From Nannocystis bainbridge (lineage in GTDB: Bacteria; Myxococcota_A; Polyangia; Nannocystales; Nannocystaceae): a stretch of 64,000 nt of DNA. Of this stretch, positions 1 to 9,027 are shown one piece after another (position 1 is the first letter of the stretch; every line of letters starts with the position of its first letter). Where the stretch lies: NCBI RefSeq assembly GCF_028368995.1, contig NZ_JAQNDL010000001.1, positions 2,656,001 to 2,720,000 of the forward strand, given 5' to 3'. Made by a program: the position numbers and the translations under genes. The notes under the pieces were generated by a model. The model saw only the letters and a list, made by a program, of their open reading frames with translations. It was not told the DNA's origin and searched no databases.

Positions 1-1315
1 GGTCTTCGAGGCACGTGTTGGTCCAGTTGTAGGCGTCCTTGGTCGCCGACGGCGTCGCCGACACCTCGCGCCAGCGCGCCGCGTAGGCGTCGAGCGCCGT
101 CACCAGGATGTCGACCTCCACCCGTACCTGCGGCAGCGCCGCCCGCAGCGTCCGCTCCCGCTCCCCGTTCCACACCTCGTCGATGCTCTTGCCCGGCCGC
201 TCGTCGAGCTCGAAGGTCACCGTCTCCGGCAAGACCGCCGCCGCCGGCGTCGGCGGGTCGCCGGCGAAATACTGATATGCCCCGAAGGACATGGCCGCAG
301 AGACAGCCACGCCGGCGACCGCCAGCCCCGGCCGCCACACCCGTCGCCCGGCGGCCCGGGTCAGCGCAGCCAGCAGCGCTTCCATCGATCCGAACCGGGC
401 CTCCGGATCGGTCTGCAGCCCGCGCTCCAGCACCGCCTGCAGCGCCCGCGGCAGCGGCCGCGTCGGCTTGACCATCGCCTTGCGCTCGAACGCCTCGCAC
501 AGCTGGGCCACGTTGTCGCCGCGGAACGGCCGGTGCCCGTGCAACGCCTCGAACAACACCACGCAGAACGCGAACTGATCGCTGCGCGCGCTGGCCTGAC
601 GGCCCTGCAGCTGCTCCGGGGCCATGTACGCCGGCGTCCCGAGCACCGCGCCGGTGCGTGTCATCGGCTCGGCCAGGGCCGCCGCGTGGTCCTCGGTGGT
701 CTGCTCGGCCTCGGCGATCGCGTCCTCGCCGAGCCGGGCCAGGCCGAAGTCGGAGATACGGATCCGCCCGCCGCCGACGAGCACGTTGGCCGGCTTGAAG
801 TCGCGGTGCACCAGCCCCGCCGCGTGCGCCGCCGCCAGCCCGCGCCCGGCCTGCAGCAAGACCTCGACGATCTCCTGCCAGCGCCGCGGCCCGGCCCTGA
901 GCCAGTCGCCGAGGGTCCCGCCGCCCTCGTACTCCATCGCGATCCACACCTGCTCCGCGTGCACCCCGGCGTCGAACACCGCGAGCACGTTCGGGTGCTG
1001 CAGCCGCGCCATCGCCTGCGCCTCGCGCAGCAGTCGCTGCTGCCCCCGCGGCCCGAGCTGGCCCGGGTGCAGCAGCTTGAGCGCGACCGTGCGGTCGAGC
1101 TGCGGGTCGCGGGCCGCGTACACCACCCCCATCCCGCCGGCGCCGACCACCCGCAGCACTTGGAACCGGGCGATCGTGCTCGGCTCGTGCGGCTCGTCGA
1201 ACAGCGCCGCCGCGACCTGCCGGCGGATCTGCTCGAGCGGGCGCAGTGGTTCGTGGTCGGGCGCGTGCAACGTGTCGGAGCTCGGGGTCAAATCTTCGAA
1301 GGCGACGGCGGTCAT
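1..1315 (-). CDS. Hanks-type Ser/Thr protein kinase, 5' part only (runs off the left edge; absent from the ORF track)
   Basis: Manual minus-strand translation from ATG at 1315: MTAVAFEDLTP...RFQVLRVVGAGGMGVVYAARDPQLDRTVALK...HRDFKPANVLV...DFGLA...GTPAYMAPEQ. All catalytic motifs are intact. Confidence 0.93.
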   Translation of the reverse strand, partial: MTAVAFEDLTPSSDTLHAPDHEPLRPLEQIRRQVAAALFDEPHEPSTIARFQVLRVVGAGGMGVVYAARDPQLDRTVALKLLHPGQLGPRGQQRLLREAQAMARLQHPNVLAVFDAGVHAEQVWIAMEYEGGGTLGDWLRAGPRRWQEIVEVLLQAGRGLAAAHAAGLVHRDFKPANVLVGGGRIRISDFGLARLGEDAIAEAEQTTEDHAAALAEPMTRTGAVLGTPAYMAPEQLQGRQASARSDQFAFCVVLFEALHGHRPFRGDNVAQLCEAFERKAMVKPTRPLPRALQAVLERGLQTDPEARFGSMEALLAALTRAAGRRVWRPGLAVAGVAVSAAMSFGAYQYFAGDPPTPAAAVLPETVTFELDERPGKSIDEVWNGERERTLRAALPQVRVEVDILVTALDAYAARWREVSATPSATKDAYNWTNTCLED

Positions 1316-1414
1316 GGGAGGCTCTCTCCCGCGACGTTCCTCGAGCATGCCGCTCGATCACGACCGCGGACGATTTTTTTCACCGCCCGCGGCCGACCCG
1401 ACTACCATTCCCCC

Positions 1415-2026
1415 GTGGAGACCGACGAGGCGCTGGTGGCCGCGTGGCGCGGCGGGGACAAGCGGGCCGGCAGCCGGCTGTTCGCCCGCCACTTCGAGCC
1501 GATCGCCCGCTTCTTCTACAGCAAGGTCCAGACCGGCGTGGAGGACCTCGTGCAGCGCACCTTCCTCGCCCTCGTCGAGCGCAGCGACAGGCTGCCCGAG
1601 GGCGTGCCGGTCCGCGCCTACTTGTTCGGGATCGCGCGCCACCTGCTGCTCCGCCGCTTCCGCGACCAGTACCGCGACGGCATCTTCGACGGCGACACCG
1701 TCTCGGTCGCCGACCTCGGCGAGTCGCCCAGCGCGCTGATCGACCGCCGCGAGCACCTGCAGCTCCTCTACCAGGCCCTGCGCGCGCTGCCGCTCGAGCT
1801 GCAGATCGTCGTCGAGCTGTTCTACTGGGAGGGCTTCACCGCCCCGGCCATCGCCGCCGCGCTGGAGCTGCCCGAGGGCACCGTGCGCAGCCGCCTCCGC
1901 CGCGCCCGCGAGCTGCTCGGCGACCGCATCGCCGCCCTCGCCCCCGCCCCCGAGCTGGCCGCCGCGACCATGAACGACCTCGAGCGCTGGGCCCGCGAGC
2001 TGCGCGACCAGCTCGGCAAAGGTTGA
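1415..2026 (+). CDS. ECF (group 4) RNA polymerase sigma-70 factor
   Basis: C-terminal part of ORF 533..2026 from GTG 1415. Region 2: (V)ETDEALVAAWRGGD...EDLVQRTFL...RAYLFGIAR. Region 4 HTH: LPLELQIVVELFYWEG...IAAALELPEGTVRSRLRRARELL. Confidence 0.92.
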   Translation: METDEALVAAWRGGDKRAGSRLFARHFEPIARFFYSKVQTGVEDLVQRTFLALVERSDRLPEGVPVRAYLFGIARHLLLRRFRDQYRDGIFDGDTVSVADLGESPSALIDRREHLQLLYQALRALPLELQIVVELFYWEGFTAPAIAAALELPEGTVRSRLRRARELLGDRIAALAPAPELAAATMNDLERWARELRDQLGKG

Positions 2027-2104
2027 GCCTGTCCCTCGGAGCATGCCCTCCAGGACATGCCCCGGAGAGCATGTCCGCCAGGGCATGTCCCCGCGGCCAG
2101 CCTC
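2025..2104. repeat. 14-bp-period array of palindromic RRNCATGYCC decamers (6 units) between convergent genes
   Basis: Cores at 2028 (CCTG), 2042, 2056, 2070, 2084 (CATG) and 2098 (CAGC): GAGCCTGTCC-CTCG-GAGCATGCCC-TCCA-GGACATGCCC-CGGA-GAGCATGTCC-GCCA-GGGCATGTCC. Confidence 0.9.
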
Positions 2105-5100
2105 ACTCCTCGCGCGAGGTCTCGCGCCGGCGCGAGGCCGCCGCGATCAGGCGGAAGAACAGCGGCGTGGCGAAGATCGCCAGCACCGTCGCCGCCAGCA
2201 TCCCGCCGAGCACGCCGGTGCCGATCGCCCGCTGGCTGTTCGAGCTGGCCCCGGTGGCGATCGCCAGCGGGACCACGCCGAGGATGAACGCCAGCGAGGT
2301 CATCACGATCGGGCGGAAGCGCAGGCGGCACGCCTCGATCGCCGCGGCCTGGACCGAGCGGCCCTCGGCGACCAGCTCCTTGGCGACCTCGATGATGAGG
2401 ATCGCGTTCTTGGCGGTCAGGCCGATGATCGTGATGAGGCCGACCTTGAAGTAGACGTCGTTGGGCAGCTCGCGCCACAGGATGGCGAGCACCGAGCCGA
2501 GCACGCCGGTGGGGATGACGAGCAGGACGGCGAGCGGGATCGACCAGCTCTCGTAGAGCGCGGCGAGGCACAGGAACACGCACACGAGCGACAGCGCGAG
2601 CAAGTAGACCGCCTGGCTGCCCGACAGCTTCTCCTGCAGCGACTGCCCGGTCCACGCGTAGTCGAAGCCCGCCGGCAGCTGGCCGGCGAGGCGCTCCATC
2701 TCCGCCATCGCGTCGCCGCTGGCGCGCCCCGGCGCCGCGCTGCCGCTGAACTTGATGCTCTGGTAGCCGTTGAAGCTGACCACCTGCGACGGCCCCATCG
2801 TCCACGCCACCTCGGCGAACGCCCGCATCGGCACCATCTTGCCCTCGGCGTTGCGCACGAACAGCTCGAGCAGGTCCTCGGAATTCATCCGCCGGGCCGC
2901 GTCGGCCTGCACGATCACCCGCTGCATCCGCGCCTGGTTGGGGAAGTCGTTGACGTACGCCGAGCCCAGGCTGGTCGACAGCGTGTGGTTGATCGCCGCG
3001 AACCCGACCCCGAGCGCGCTGGCCTTGTCGCGGTCGATCCGCAGCTCGATCTGCGGCGCCGTCGGCAGGCCCTCGACGTACACGTTCGCCAGCACCGGGC
3101 TCTGCGAAGCGGCCGCCAACAGTTGGTCGCGCGCCGCCGCCAGGGCCGCGTAGCCCCGCTGCGCCTTGTCCTGCAGGCGAAAGCTGAACCCGCTCGAATT
3201 GCCGAGCGACTCGATCGCAGGCGGCGCGAGGGCGAACGCCATCGCGTCCGGCAGGCCGCCGAGCGCGGCGTTGGCCCGCCCGCCCACGGCCTCGGCGGAG
3301 TCCTCGGGCCCGCGCGCCGCCCAGTCGTCGAGCATGACGAACGCGAGCGCGGCGTTCTGCCCCTGCCCCGAGAACCCGAACCCGGCGATCGTCGAGGTGC
3401 TGGCCACCGCCGGCTCGCTGGCGAAGTACGCCTCGATGCGCTCGATGACGTCCAGCGTGCGCCCCTGCGACGCCTCGGGCGGGGTCTGCACGTCGATGAT
3501 CAGGTAGCCCTGATCCTCGGTCGGCAGGAAGCTCGACGGCAACCGCTGATAGCACCACGCCAGCGCGCCGAGCAGCGCGACATAGACCACGAGGAACCGC
3601 GCCGGCCGGCGCACCACCCCGCCGACGCCGGCGCGGTAGCCGTTCGTCAGCGCCTCGAAGCCGCGGTTGAACCACGCGAACGGCCCGCGCCGCGCTCGCC
3701 CGTGGCCCGCCTTGGCCGGCCGCAGCAAGGTGCCGCACAGCGCCGGCGTCAGCGACAGCGCCAGGAACGCCGAGAACGCGATCGAAGTCGCCATCGACAC
3801 CGCGAACTGACGATAGATGACGCCGACCGAGCCGGGGAAGAACGCCATCGGCAGGAACACCGCGACCAGCACCACCGTGATGCCGACGATCGCCCCGGTG
3901 ATCTGGCCCATCGCCTTGCGCGTCGCCTCGCGCGGCGGAAGCCCCTCCTCGGCCATGATGCGCTCGACGTTCTCGACCACCACGATCGCGTCGTCGACGA
4001 GGATGCCGATCGCCAGCACCATGCCGAACATGGTCAGCACGTTGATCGAGAACCCGGCCAGCAGCAGCGCCGCGCAGGTCCCGAGCAGCGCCACCGGCAC
4101 CACGATCGCGGGGATCACGGTGTAGCGGAGGTCCTGCAGGAACAGGAACATCACCGCGAACACCAGGCCCATCGCCTCGAGCAGGGTGACGACGACCTGG
4201 CGGATCGAGACCTCGACGAACGGCGTGGTGTCGTAGGGCACCGAGATCTCGACGTTGGCCGGCATCGTGCGCGTCAGCTCGGCGATCTTCGCGTGCACGC
4301 CGGTGGCCGTGGCCAGCGCGTTGCCGCCGGGCGCCAGCTGGATGCCGATGCCCGCCGCCGGCTTGCCGTCGAGGCGCGACTGCATGAAGTAGCTCTGGCC
4401 GCCGAGCTCGACGTCGGCGACGTCGCGCAGGCGCACGAACGAGCCGTCGAGGTTGGCGCGCAGGACGATCTGCTCGAACTCCTGCACGGTCCCGAGCTGG
4501 CCCTTCACCACCACGTTGGCGGCGATCCGCTGGCCCTCGACGGCCGGCGGCGCGCCGACGATGCCGGACGCGATCTGAGCGTTCTGGGCCTCGATCGCGC
4601 TGGTGACGTCGGCGGCGGTGAGGCCGAGGCCGACCAGGCGCGACGGATCGATCCACACCCGCAGCGCCTTCTCGGTCGAGAACAGCTGCGCGCGACCCAC
4701 GCCCGGCACGCGCCGCAGCTCGCCGACGATCCGCCGCGCCGCCAGGTCACCGAGCTCGATCTCCGACAGGCTGCCGTCGGTCGCTCGCACCGTGACAAAC
4801 TGCATGATCGCGGTGGTCGCCTCCTCGATCTGCAGGCCCTGCTGCGCCACCACCCGGGGCAGCCGCGCCTCGACCCGCTTGAGCCGGTTCTGCACCGCTA
4901 CCGTCGCCTTGGCCGGGTCATAGCCGGGCGCGAACGAGATCATGATCTGCGTCGTCCCCGAGGCGTCGCTGGTCGACTCGAAGTACATCACCCCGGGGAT
5001 GCCGTTGAGCTCCTCCTCGAGGATGCGCGTGACGCCCTCGAACAGCCGCTCGGCGGGCGCGCCCGGATAATTCGCGGTCACCGAGACCGTCACCGGCGCG

Positions 5101-5213
5101 ACGCTCGGGTACTGCGAGATCGGCAGGTACGTCAGCGAGATCGCCCCCGCCAGCATGATGAACAGCGAGATGGCCCAGGCGAAGATCGGGCGGTCGATGA
5201 AGAAGGAGATCAT
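2103..5213 (-). CDS. RND multidrug efflux permease, HAE1/AcrB family
   Basis: 1036 aa; MISFFIDRPIFAW start, LAIGILVDDAIVVVENVER, AKNAILI, RFRPIVMTSLAF. Confidence 0.97.
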   Translation of the reverse strand: MISFFIDRPIFAWAISLFIMLAGAISLTYLPISQYPSVAPVTVSVTANYPGAPAERLFEGVTRILEEELNGIPGVMYFESTSDASGTTQIMISFAPGYDPAKATVAVQNRLKRVEARLPRVVAQQGLQIEEATTAIMQFVTVRATDGSLSEIELGDLAARRIVGELRRVPGVGRAQLFSTEKALRVWIDPSRLVGLGLTAADVTSAIEAQNAQIASGIVGAPPAVEGQRIAANVVVKGQLGTVQEFEQIVLRANLDGSFVRLRDVADVELGGQSYFMQSRLDGKPAAGIGIQLAPGGNALATATGVHAKIAELTRTMPANVEISVPYDTTPFVEVSIRQVVVTLLEAMGLVFAVMFLFLQDLRYTVIPAIVVPVALLGTCAALLLAGFSINVLTMFGMVLAIGILVDDAIVVVENVERIMAEEGLPPREATRKAMGQITGAIVGITVVLVAVFLPMAFFPGSVGVIYRQFAVSMATSIAFSAFLALSLTPALCGTLLRPAKAGHGRARRGPFAWFNRGFEALTNGYRAGVGGVVRRPARFLVVYVALLGALAWCYQRLPSSFLPTEDQGYLIIDVQTPPEASQGRTLDVIERIEAYFASEPAVASTSTIAGFGFSGQGQNAALAFVMLDDWAARGPEDSAEAVGGRANAALGGLPDAMAFALAPPAIESLGNSSGFSFRLQDKAQRGYAALAAARDQLLAAASQSPVLANVYVEGLPTAPQIELRIDRDKASALGVGFAAINHTLSTSLGSAYVNDFPNQARMQRVIVQADAARRMNSEDLLELFVRNAEGKMVPMRAFAEVAWTMGPSQVVSFNGYQSIKFSGSAAPGRASGDAMAEMERLAGQLPAGFDYAWTGQSLQEKLSGSQAVYLLALSLVCVFLCLAALYESWSIPLAVLLVIPTGVLGSVLAILWRELPNDVYFKVGLITIIGLTAKNAILIIEVAKELVAEGRSVQAAAIEACRLRFRPIVMTSLAFILGVVPLAIATGASSNSQRAIGTGVLGGMLAATVLAIFATPLFFRLIAAASRRRETSREE

Positions 5214-5240
5214 GCCAATGCCCTCGAGCGAACGATGCGT

Positions 5241-6419
5241 TCAGCGCTGCGCGGTGGTCGGCGCTGCCTTCGACTCAGTCGTCGGCGGCGCTGCCTTCGT
5301 CTCAGTCGTCGGTGCGACCCATGGCACCGCCCTCGCGCTGCCGCCGGGGTGGATCTTCTGGAACCCCTCGACGACCAGCTGCTCGCCTGGCGCCAGCCCG
5401 TCCTCGACGATCCAGCCGTGCTCGGTCAGCGGCCCGGTGCGCAGTGGTTTGAGCGCGACCTTGCCGGCGTCGTCGACCACGAACGCCTGCGCCTCGCCGG
5501 CGCTGCTGCGCTGGATCGCCTGTGGCGGGACCACCACCGCCTCGGTGTCGCGCCCGCGAGCCAGGCGCACGCGCACGTACGTGCCCGGCAGCAGCGCCCC
5601 GTCCGGGTTGGGGAACGTCGCCCGCATCGTCACCTGCGCGGTGCCCGGGTCGACGTTGACGTCGGTGAACAGCAGCCTTCCGACATCCGGATGGCGGCTG
5701 CCGTCGGCGCGCAAGATCTCGACCTCGGCGCCCTCGCGGTCGCTCGCATCGAGCATGCCCGCCGGCTGCACGAAATCGACGTAGATCGGATCGATCTGCT
5801 GAATGGTCGCCAGGTGCGTCGCCGAGCCGTCGCCGACCAGCGCGCCCTCGGTCACCAGGGTGCGACCGATGCGTCCGCCGATCGGCGCGCGCACCGTCGC
5901 GTGGTCGAGGTCGATGCGGGCGCGGACCAGCCGGGCCTTGGCCGACGCGTAGTCGGCCTCGGCCTGCTTGAGCGCCGCGTCGGCGACGTCGTGCTGGGCC
6001 GTGCTCACCGTCTGCCGCTCGAGCAGCGTCAACTGGCGCTTCTCGTGCCGGCGCGCCTGCTCGAGCGTCGCCACCGCGCGCTCGAGCGCGGCCGACCGCT
6101 CGTCGCGGTCCGCCCGGTACACCGCGGGCTCGAGGCGGAACAGCACGTCACCCTGGCGCACGTCGCTGCCCTCCTCGAACACCCGCTCGAGCACGATGCC
6201 CGAGACGCGCGCCCGCACCTCGGCGACCCGCGACGCCACCAATCGTCCCGGCAGCTCGCGCACGCGAGGCACCGTGCGCGACGCGACGACGATCGTCGAC
6301 ACCTCGGGCGGCGGCGGCTCGCCCGCGGGAGCTACTTCGGCCGCCGCCGGCTCGCACGCGACGAACAGGACGAGCAGCGCCAAACACTGGACGAACGAGG
6401 AGAAGGAGCACGCTTGCAT
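5241..6419 (-). CDS. RND efflux periplasmic adaptor (MFP, AcrA/MexA-like lipoprotein)
   Basis: LLVLFVAC lipobox, ELPGRL..R.AEVRARVSGIV, VRAPIGGRIG, FPNPDGALLPG. ATG 6419 chosen as start; the track starts at 6458. Confidence 0.93.
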   Translation of the reverse strand: MQACSFSSFVQCLALLVLFVACEPAAAEVAPAGEPPPPEVSTIVVASRTVPRVRELPGRLVASRVAEVRARVSGIVLERVFEEGSDVRQGDVLFRLEPAVYRADRDERSAALERAVATLEQARRHEKRQLTLLERQTVSTAQHDVADAALKQAEADYASAKARLVRARIDLDHATVRAPIGGRIGRTLVTEGALVGDGSATHLATIQQIDPIYVDFVQPAGMLDASDREGAEVEILRADGSRHPDVGRLLFTDVNVDPGTAQVTMRATFPNPDGALLPGTYVRVRLARGRDTEAVVVPPQAIQRSSAGEAQAFVVDDAGKVALKPLRTGPLTEHGWIVEDGLAPGEQLVVEGFQKIHPGGSARAVPWVAPTTETKAAPPTTESKAAPTTAQR

Positions 6420-6540
6420 GATGGGCACCGCTCGCGCCCGCGACCTCCGTCCGGACAATGTCCGGACAGCAGCGCGGCGCGCATTCGTAGGAGTCAGTCG
6501 GGGACGATCGCAGACGCGGTGACGCGGCGTCGGGACGTCG

Positions 6541-7101
6541 TCACCGCTTTCGGGTGAGTTCGATCATCTGGTGGATCAGGGCTGGGCGGTCGATCGGGGG
6601 CTCACCGTCCTGAGCCAGCAGATCTGCCAACCATACGCCGTCGGTCGCGTAGCGGACGAGTTGCAGCTCGGGGTCGCCGTCGGTGTCGTGGTGACGCACG
6701 AGGCGCGCCTTGTACCATTGACCCCAGGCCCGCCGCAGGTCCGGGTCGGTGACCGTCGACATCGAGAGCGCCGCGCACGGACACGGGCCGTTGAGGTCGC
6801 CGCGCACGGTGCTGCGGACATACGCCCGGGTGAAGCTCCCGTACGCGACGGGATCCTTCGCCATCGCCTCGTCGATCTCGGCGTCGAGGGTGCGCAGCTG
6901 CTCGGCGAACAGCGCCGCGGTCAGCTTCTGCTTGCTGGCGAAATGATGTAAGAGTCCGCCCTTCGTCACCCCCGCGGCGTCGGCGACGGCCTGCACGGTG
7001 AGGTTGGCGAGGCCCCGGTCGACCAGGATCTGGGCCGCGCACTCGAGCAGCTTCTGCCGCACGACATCGGGCTCCTTCTTGCGCTGGTTGGCGAGCGACA
7101 C
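6541..7101 (-). CDS. TetR/AcrR-family transcriptional regulator
   Basis: HTH LTVQAVADAAGVTKGGLLHHFASKQKL. GTG 7101 lies just downstream of a predicted promoter; same strand as and upstream of the efflux genes. Confidence 0.93.
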   Translation of the reverse strand: MSLANQRKKEPDVVRQKLLECAAQILVDRGLANLTVQAVADAAGVTKGGLLHHFASKQKLTAALFAEQLRTLDAEIDEAMAKDPVAYGSFTRAYVRSTVRGDLNGPCPCAALSMSTVTDPDLRRAWGQWYKARLVRHHDTDGDPELQLVRYATDGVWLADLLAQDGEPPIDRPALIHQMIELTRKR

Positions 7102-7110
7102 GGGCGGCGA

Positions 7111-7139
7111 AACATACCGGCTGGTCGGTATCTTCGCAA
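7111..7139 (-). promoter_or_regulatory. Sigma70-type promoter (TTGCGA-17-TATGTT) overlapped by the inverted repeat ATACCG-N6-CGGTAT (probable TetR operator)
   Basis: Minus strand -35 at 7139-7134 and -10 at 7116-7111 with a 17-bp spacer; palindrome at 7114-7131. Confidence 0.75.
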
Positions 7140-7318
7140 GCAAAGACGCGCCCCGCGCGATGCGTTCGGTCGCAGTCAGACGCACAACAGGAGGCATGAT
7201 AACGCCGTTCCTGCCACCCGTGCCCACTCCCTGCTTGGTCCTCCTGCGGCCTTCGCGCCAGTCAAACGAGGCGTGACTTCGCCCCTCGGGGCCGAGGCCG
7301 GCAGCCGCGCGGGCACTC

Positions 7319-7415
7319 CGACATGGCGCTCACGATATGTCCGCAAGCACATGTCCCTTCGCACAGCCATGGACCTGCCGCGGAGAGCTCGTCACATGTC
7401 TCTCGGGACAGTTCG
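7319..7415. repeat. 14-bp-period decamer array (two sub-registers)
   Basis: Cores at 7322, 7336, 7350, 7364, then 7395 and 7409 (e.g. GCACATGTCC, TCACATGTCT-CTCG-GGACAG). Confidence 0.75.
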
Positions 7416-7433
7416 AACGGCGCTACCACCCCG

Positions 7434-8867
7434 TCACAGCGTGAGGAATTGCGGCCCGTCCTTCGCGCCGCGCAGGCGCCTCGCCGCGCAGCGGTGCCAG
7501 GCGTCGTCGTCGCGCAGCGGCTCGTAGTCGACGGCGATCAGCCGGCCGCCGCGGACATCGAGCACCACCGGCCCCGAAGGCGCGCCCGGGCAGCGGCGCA
7601 ATCGTTCGACCAGCGAGCCCCGCGGCCGACCTGTCGACGACGGCGCCACCGGTTGCTGCGCGGCCACGGATCGCACGTCGGGCACGCGCACGACCACCGG
7701 CATGGGCGCGGGACTCGGCGCCGGATCGTCGCTCACGGGCAATTGCGCCGGCACGACCGGTGTCACGCTCCACCACAGCGACCCGGCGAATATCAGCAGC
7801 ACCACCAATGGCGACCACCGCAGCGCGCGCCAGATCGGTAGCATCGCCTTCGCGGGCGTCGCCGGCGGCGGCGAGACCGGGTGCGACGATTCGCCGGCCT
7901 CACGGTCGGCCGCGGGTGGCCGCGCCGTCGCCACCTCCGGCAGCGGCTTCGAAGGCATCAACACCCGTCGCAGCTCGCGCGCGAACGTCAGCGCGGAGCT
8001 CGGCCGCTTGGAGGGATCGGTGCCGAGGGCGCGCTGCAGCAGGTCTTGCAGCTCGAACGGCACGCGCGTGCCGAGCCGCGACAGCGGGATCGGCGGGGTG
8101 CCGCCCGCGATCTCGGCCTGCTGCTGTTGCGCGGTGCGACCGTGCCACGGCAGCCGCCCCGTGATCAGCTTATAAAGCGTCACCCCGAGCGCGAACACCT
8201 CCGAGGCCTCCGAGAACGGCGAGATCGTGATCTCCTTGCCCGCCTGCGCGTACACCTCCGGCGCGCAATACCCGGGCGTGTGGGCGATCCACGCCGTCGG
8301 CTCCGACAGCTGTGACACGATCGGAGCCGCGAGCGGCCGCTGACGCACCAGCCCGAGATCGATGAGCACCACTCGCTCGTCGTCGCCGCCGCCGATGACC
8401 ATGAAGTTGTCGGGCTTGATGTCACGATGGAACCACCCCGCCGCGTGCAGGCTCGCCACCGCCTCGGCCGCCTTGGCCATCAGCTCGACCGCGCGCCGCC
8501 AGTACATCGGCCGGCCGTCGGCGAGCCCCTGCAGGCTCTTGCCGTCGAGCCACTCCATCACCAGGTATTCGACCTTGGCCTCGAGGCGGAAGTCGAGCAC
8601 GCGCACCACGTGAGGGTCGCGCAGGCGAAAGCCGAGGATCGCCTCGGTCTTGAAGTGCGCGAAGCAATAGTCGTCGTCGCGGGCGACGTTCTGCGGGGCG
8701 CCATCGAGGCCGACCGCGCGCCGCACCTTGACCGCGACCGGCGTCTCCAGCTCCTCGTGCCAGCCCTCGTAGAGATCGGCGAAGCCCCCGGTCGCGACGT
8801 GGCGCTTGAGCCGGTAGACGCCGCCCAGCGTGCGTCCCACGAGCGCCTTCGGATCCGGCCTGACCAT
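7434..8867 (-). CDS. Membrane-anchored Ser/Thr protein kinase
   Basis: TGGFADLY, VAVK, HRDIKPDN, DLG, TPGYCAPE; Pro-rich linker; TM WSPLVVLLIFAGSLWW; short C-terminal Cys-containing domain. Confidence 0.92.
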   Translation of the reverse strand: MVRPDPKALVGRTLGGVYRLKRHVATGGFADLYEGWHEELETPVAVKVRRAVGLDGAPQNVARDDDYCFAHFKTEAILGFRLRDPHVVRVLDFRLEAKVEYLVMEWLDGKSLQGLADGRPMYWRRAVELMAKAAEAVASLHAAGWFHRDIKPDNFMVIGGGDDERVVLIDLGLVRQRPLAAPIVSQLSEPTAWIAHTPGYCAPEVYAQAGKEITISPFSEASEVFALGVTLYKLITGRLPWHGRTAQQQQAEIAGGTPPIPLSRLGTRVPFELQDLLQRALGTDPSKRPSSALTFARELRRVLMPSKPLPEVATARPPAADREAGESSHPVSPPPATPAKAMLPIWRALRWSPLVVLLIFAGSLWWSVTPVVPAQLPVSDDPAPSPAPMPVVVRVPDVRSVAAQQPVAPSSTGRPRGSLVERLRRCPGAPSGPVVLDVRGGRLIAVDYEPLRDDDAWHRCAARRLRGAKDGPQFLTL

Positions 8868-8896
8868 GGCGTCTCATAGCACGGCCGCAGGTCTGC

Positions 8897-9027
8897 GGTA
8901 TACGAGGGCCCGTGACGCCTCGCCCGGCAAGACGATGTACACGCACATGTTTCCCCGGGGCTGCAAGTTCTTGGTATACGAAGGCAGCTTCGGCGCACGG
9001 GGGCGAGACGATGTACACGCACACGTT
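8897..9027 (+). repeat. Imperfect 76-bp-period direct repeat in the divergent promoter region
   Basis: GGTATACGA at 8897 and 8973; AGACGATGTACACGCACA at 8930 and 9006 (the second copy contains the ATG at 9011). Confidence 0.8.

Noticed and set aside
5256-5312. 27-bp duplication at the MFP C-terminus (TTETKAAP/PTTESKAAP)
   Set aside because: A small in-frame duplication in a disordered tail with no evident significance.
2043-6557. Very long alternative-frame ORFs (e.g. 2043..6557 +, 21361..24516 -, 39735..42773 -, 52088..55903 +)
   Set aside because: They are Arg/Gly/Ala/Pro-rich shadow frames of well-supported genes in high-GC DNA and carry no motifs.
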